Origin: Pseudomonadota bacterium
Lineage (GTDB): Bacteria > Bdellovibrionota_F > JAHFAK01 > JBDREC01
NCBI GenBank assembly: GCA_043820105.1
Contig: JBDREC010000083.1
Coordinates: 1 to 39,712 of the forward strand
Reading direction: 5' to 3'
DNA length: 39,712 nucleotides
This document shows, in pieces, positions 38,505-39,712 of this stretch (position 1 is the first letter of the stretch; every line of letters begins with the position of its first letter). The notes below the pieces were generated by a model, which saw only the letters and a program-made list of their open reading frames with translations, did no database searches and was not told the DNA's origin. Both the position numbers and the translations under genes were made by a program.

Positions 38505-39705
38505 ATGCAAAGGCACGCTTTACCAATAAATAATAAATTTCTCACTCCAGGAGTGATTGTATTAATAGTGCTAACGCTGCTTGGACTGGGAACACTTGCC
38601 CTTAGGTTCCTGTTCGGCCTTGGCTATGTAACAAACCTTGACGATAACTATCCTTGGGGCATTTGGATCGCGGTTGATGTGGCCTCGGGTGTGGCACTAG
38701 CAGCAGGTGGTTTTACTACAGCCTTTTTAGCTGAAATCCTTCACAAAAAACATTTTCATGCAATCTTACGCCCAGCCCTGCTAACAGCCCTTCTAGGCTA
38801 TACATTTGTGGCACTTGGCGTTTTTACCGATATTGGAAGATATTATAATATCTGGCATGCCTTAATTCCTTACTGCTGGAATGGCAATTCAGTTATGTTT
38901 GAAGTAGGCACCTGTGTTGTTTTATATTTAAATGTTTTGTATATTGAATTTGTTCCAATTATTATTGAACGTTTTTATAATAAGGTTAATCTTCCAGGTG
39001 TACTATCAAAACTAAATTCTTTATTAAACTCAATCCTTGGATTAATTGATAAAACTTTAGGAAAGTTTATTTTCCTGTTTGTTATTGCAGGTGTAGTCTT
39101 ATCATGCCTACATCAGTCTTCATTAGGAACATTAATGCTCATAGCCCCTTACAAGGTCCACCCCTCTGTGGTTTACTCCCTGGTCCCCTTTGTTTTTCCT
39201 GCTTTCAGCAATAATGGTTGGATATCCAATGGTAATTGTAGAATCTTTGTGGGCATCAAAATCATTTAATAAAAAACCTGAAATGCATGTTTTATCATCA
39301 CTTGCAAAGATAATCCCATTCATTTTAGCATTTTATTTATTATTAAAAATAGTTGATAGTATTTACAGAGGATCTTTTTCCTATTTATGCAACAACAATG
39401 TTCAGTCAAATATGTTTATTTTTGAATTATTTTTTGGAGTAATAATACCTCTATTAATGCTATCATTTTCTAAAGTTAGAAATAATCAATTATTACTTTT
39501 TATAGCTGCATTAATGATTGTTTTAGGAGTTGTAATAAACAGAATTAATGTATTTATCATTGCTTACAAGCCACCATTTGCAGACTATTCCTACTTCCCA
39601 ACAATCATGGAAGTAATGGTAACAATAGGATTTATCTCAATGCTAATGCTTTTATATAGAATACTTGTAACAATTTTTCCTGTAATTGAAGCTGATAAAA
39701 GTTAA
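38505..39705 (+). CDS. HybB/HmcC-like NrfD-family membrane subunit, split by a +1 frameshift at C4 39161-39164
   Basis: NLDDNYPWGIWI, ALAAGGF, DIGR, LHQSSLG. Removing one C gives KVHPLWFTPWSPLFFLLSAI and joins ORF 39190-39705. Confidence 0.85.
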
Positions 39706-39712
39706 TATAAAG

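Overview
AT-rich bacterial chromosomal segment. The gene content suggests a deltaproteobacterial-type lineage (inference only). Housekeeping genes: archaeal/eukaryote-type proS, rho, dprA, class II ribonucleotide reductase nrdJ, dksA, a LysM lytic transglycosylase, and rpmH-rnpA-yidD-yidC-jag-mnmE-mnmG-tlyA with no adjacent dnaA. Accessory content: a histone H1-like K/A/P/V protein behind a perfect sigma70 promoter, several Cys-rich or beta-propeller lipoproteins, a degenerate stand-alone nuoB-nuoCD-nuoF-like module, a patch of gene remnants, an AAA_14/DUF4143 ATPase next to a four-helix-bundle (bAvd-like) gene, a MshEN-HD-REC-TPR-Ser/Thr kinase, a HExxH plus parvulin-like secreted protein, and a HybA/HybB(NrfD)-like pair. 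The most striking unexplained signal is about 15 short degenerate 6-8-nt tandem arrays from several sequence families. Some form inverted pairs in the gaps of the rpmH operon. Others are read in frame inside conserved genes, and two build the signal peptide of a lipoprotein. There are two single-base homopolymer frameshifts and a probable non-canonical ATC start for tlyA. No tRNA, rRNA, CRISPR array or transposase was seen.
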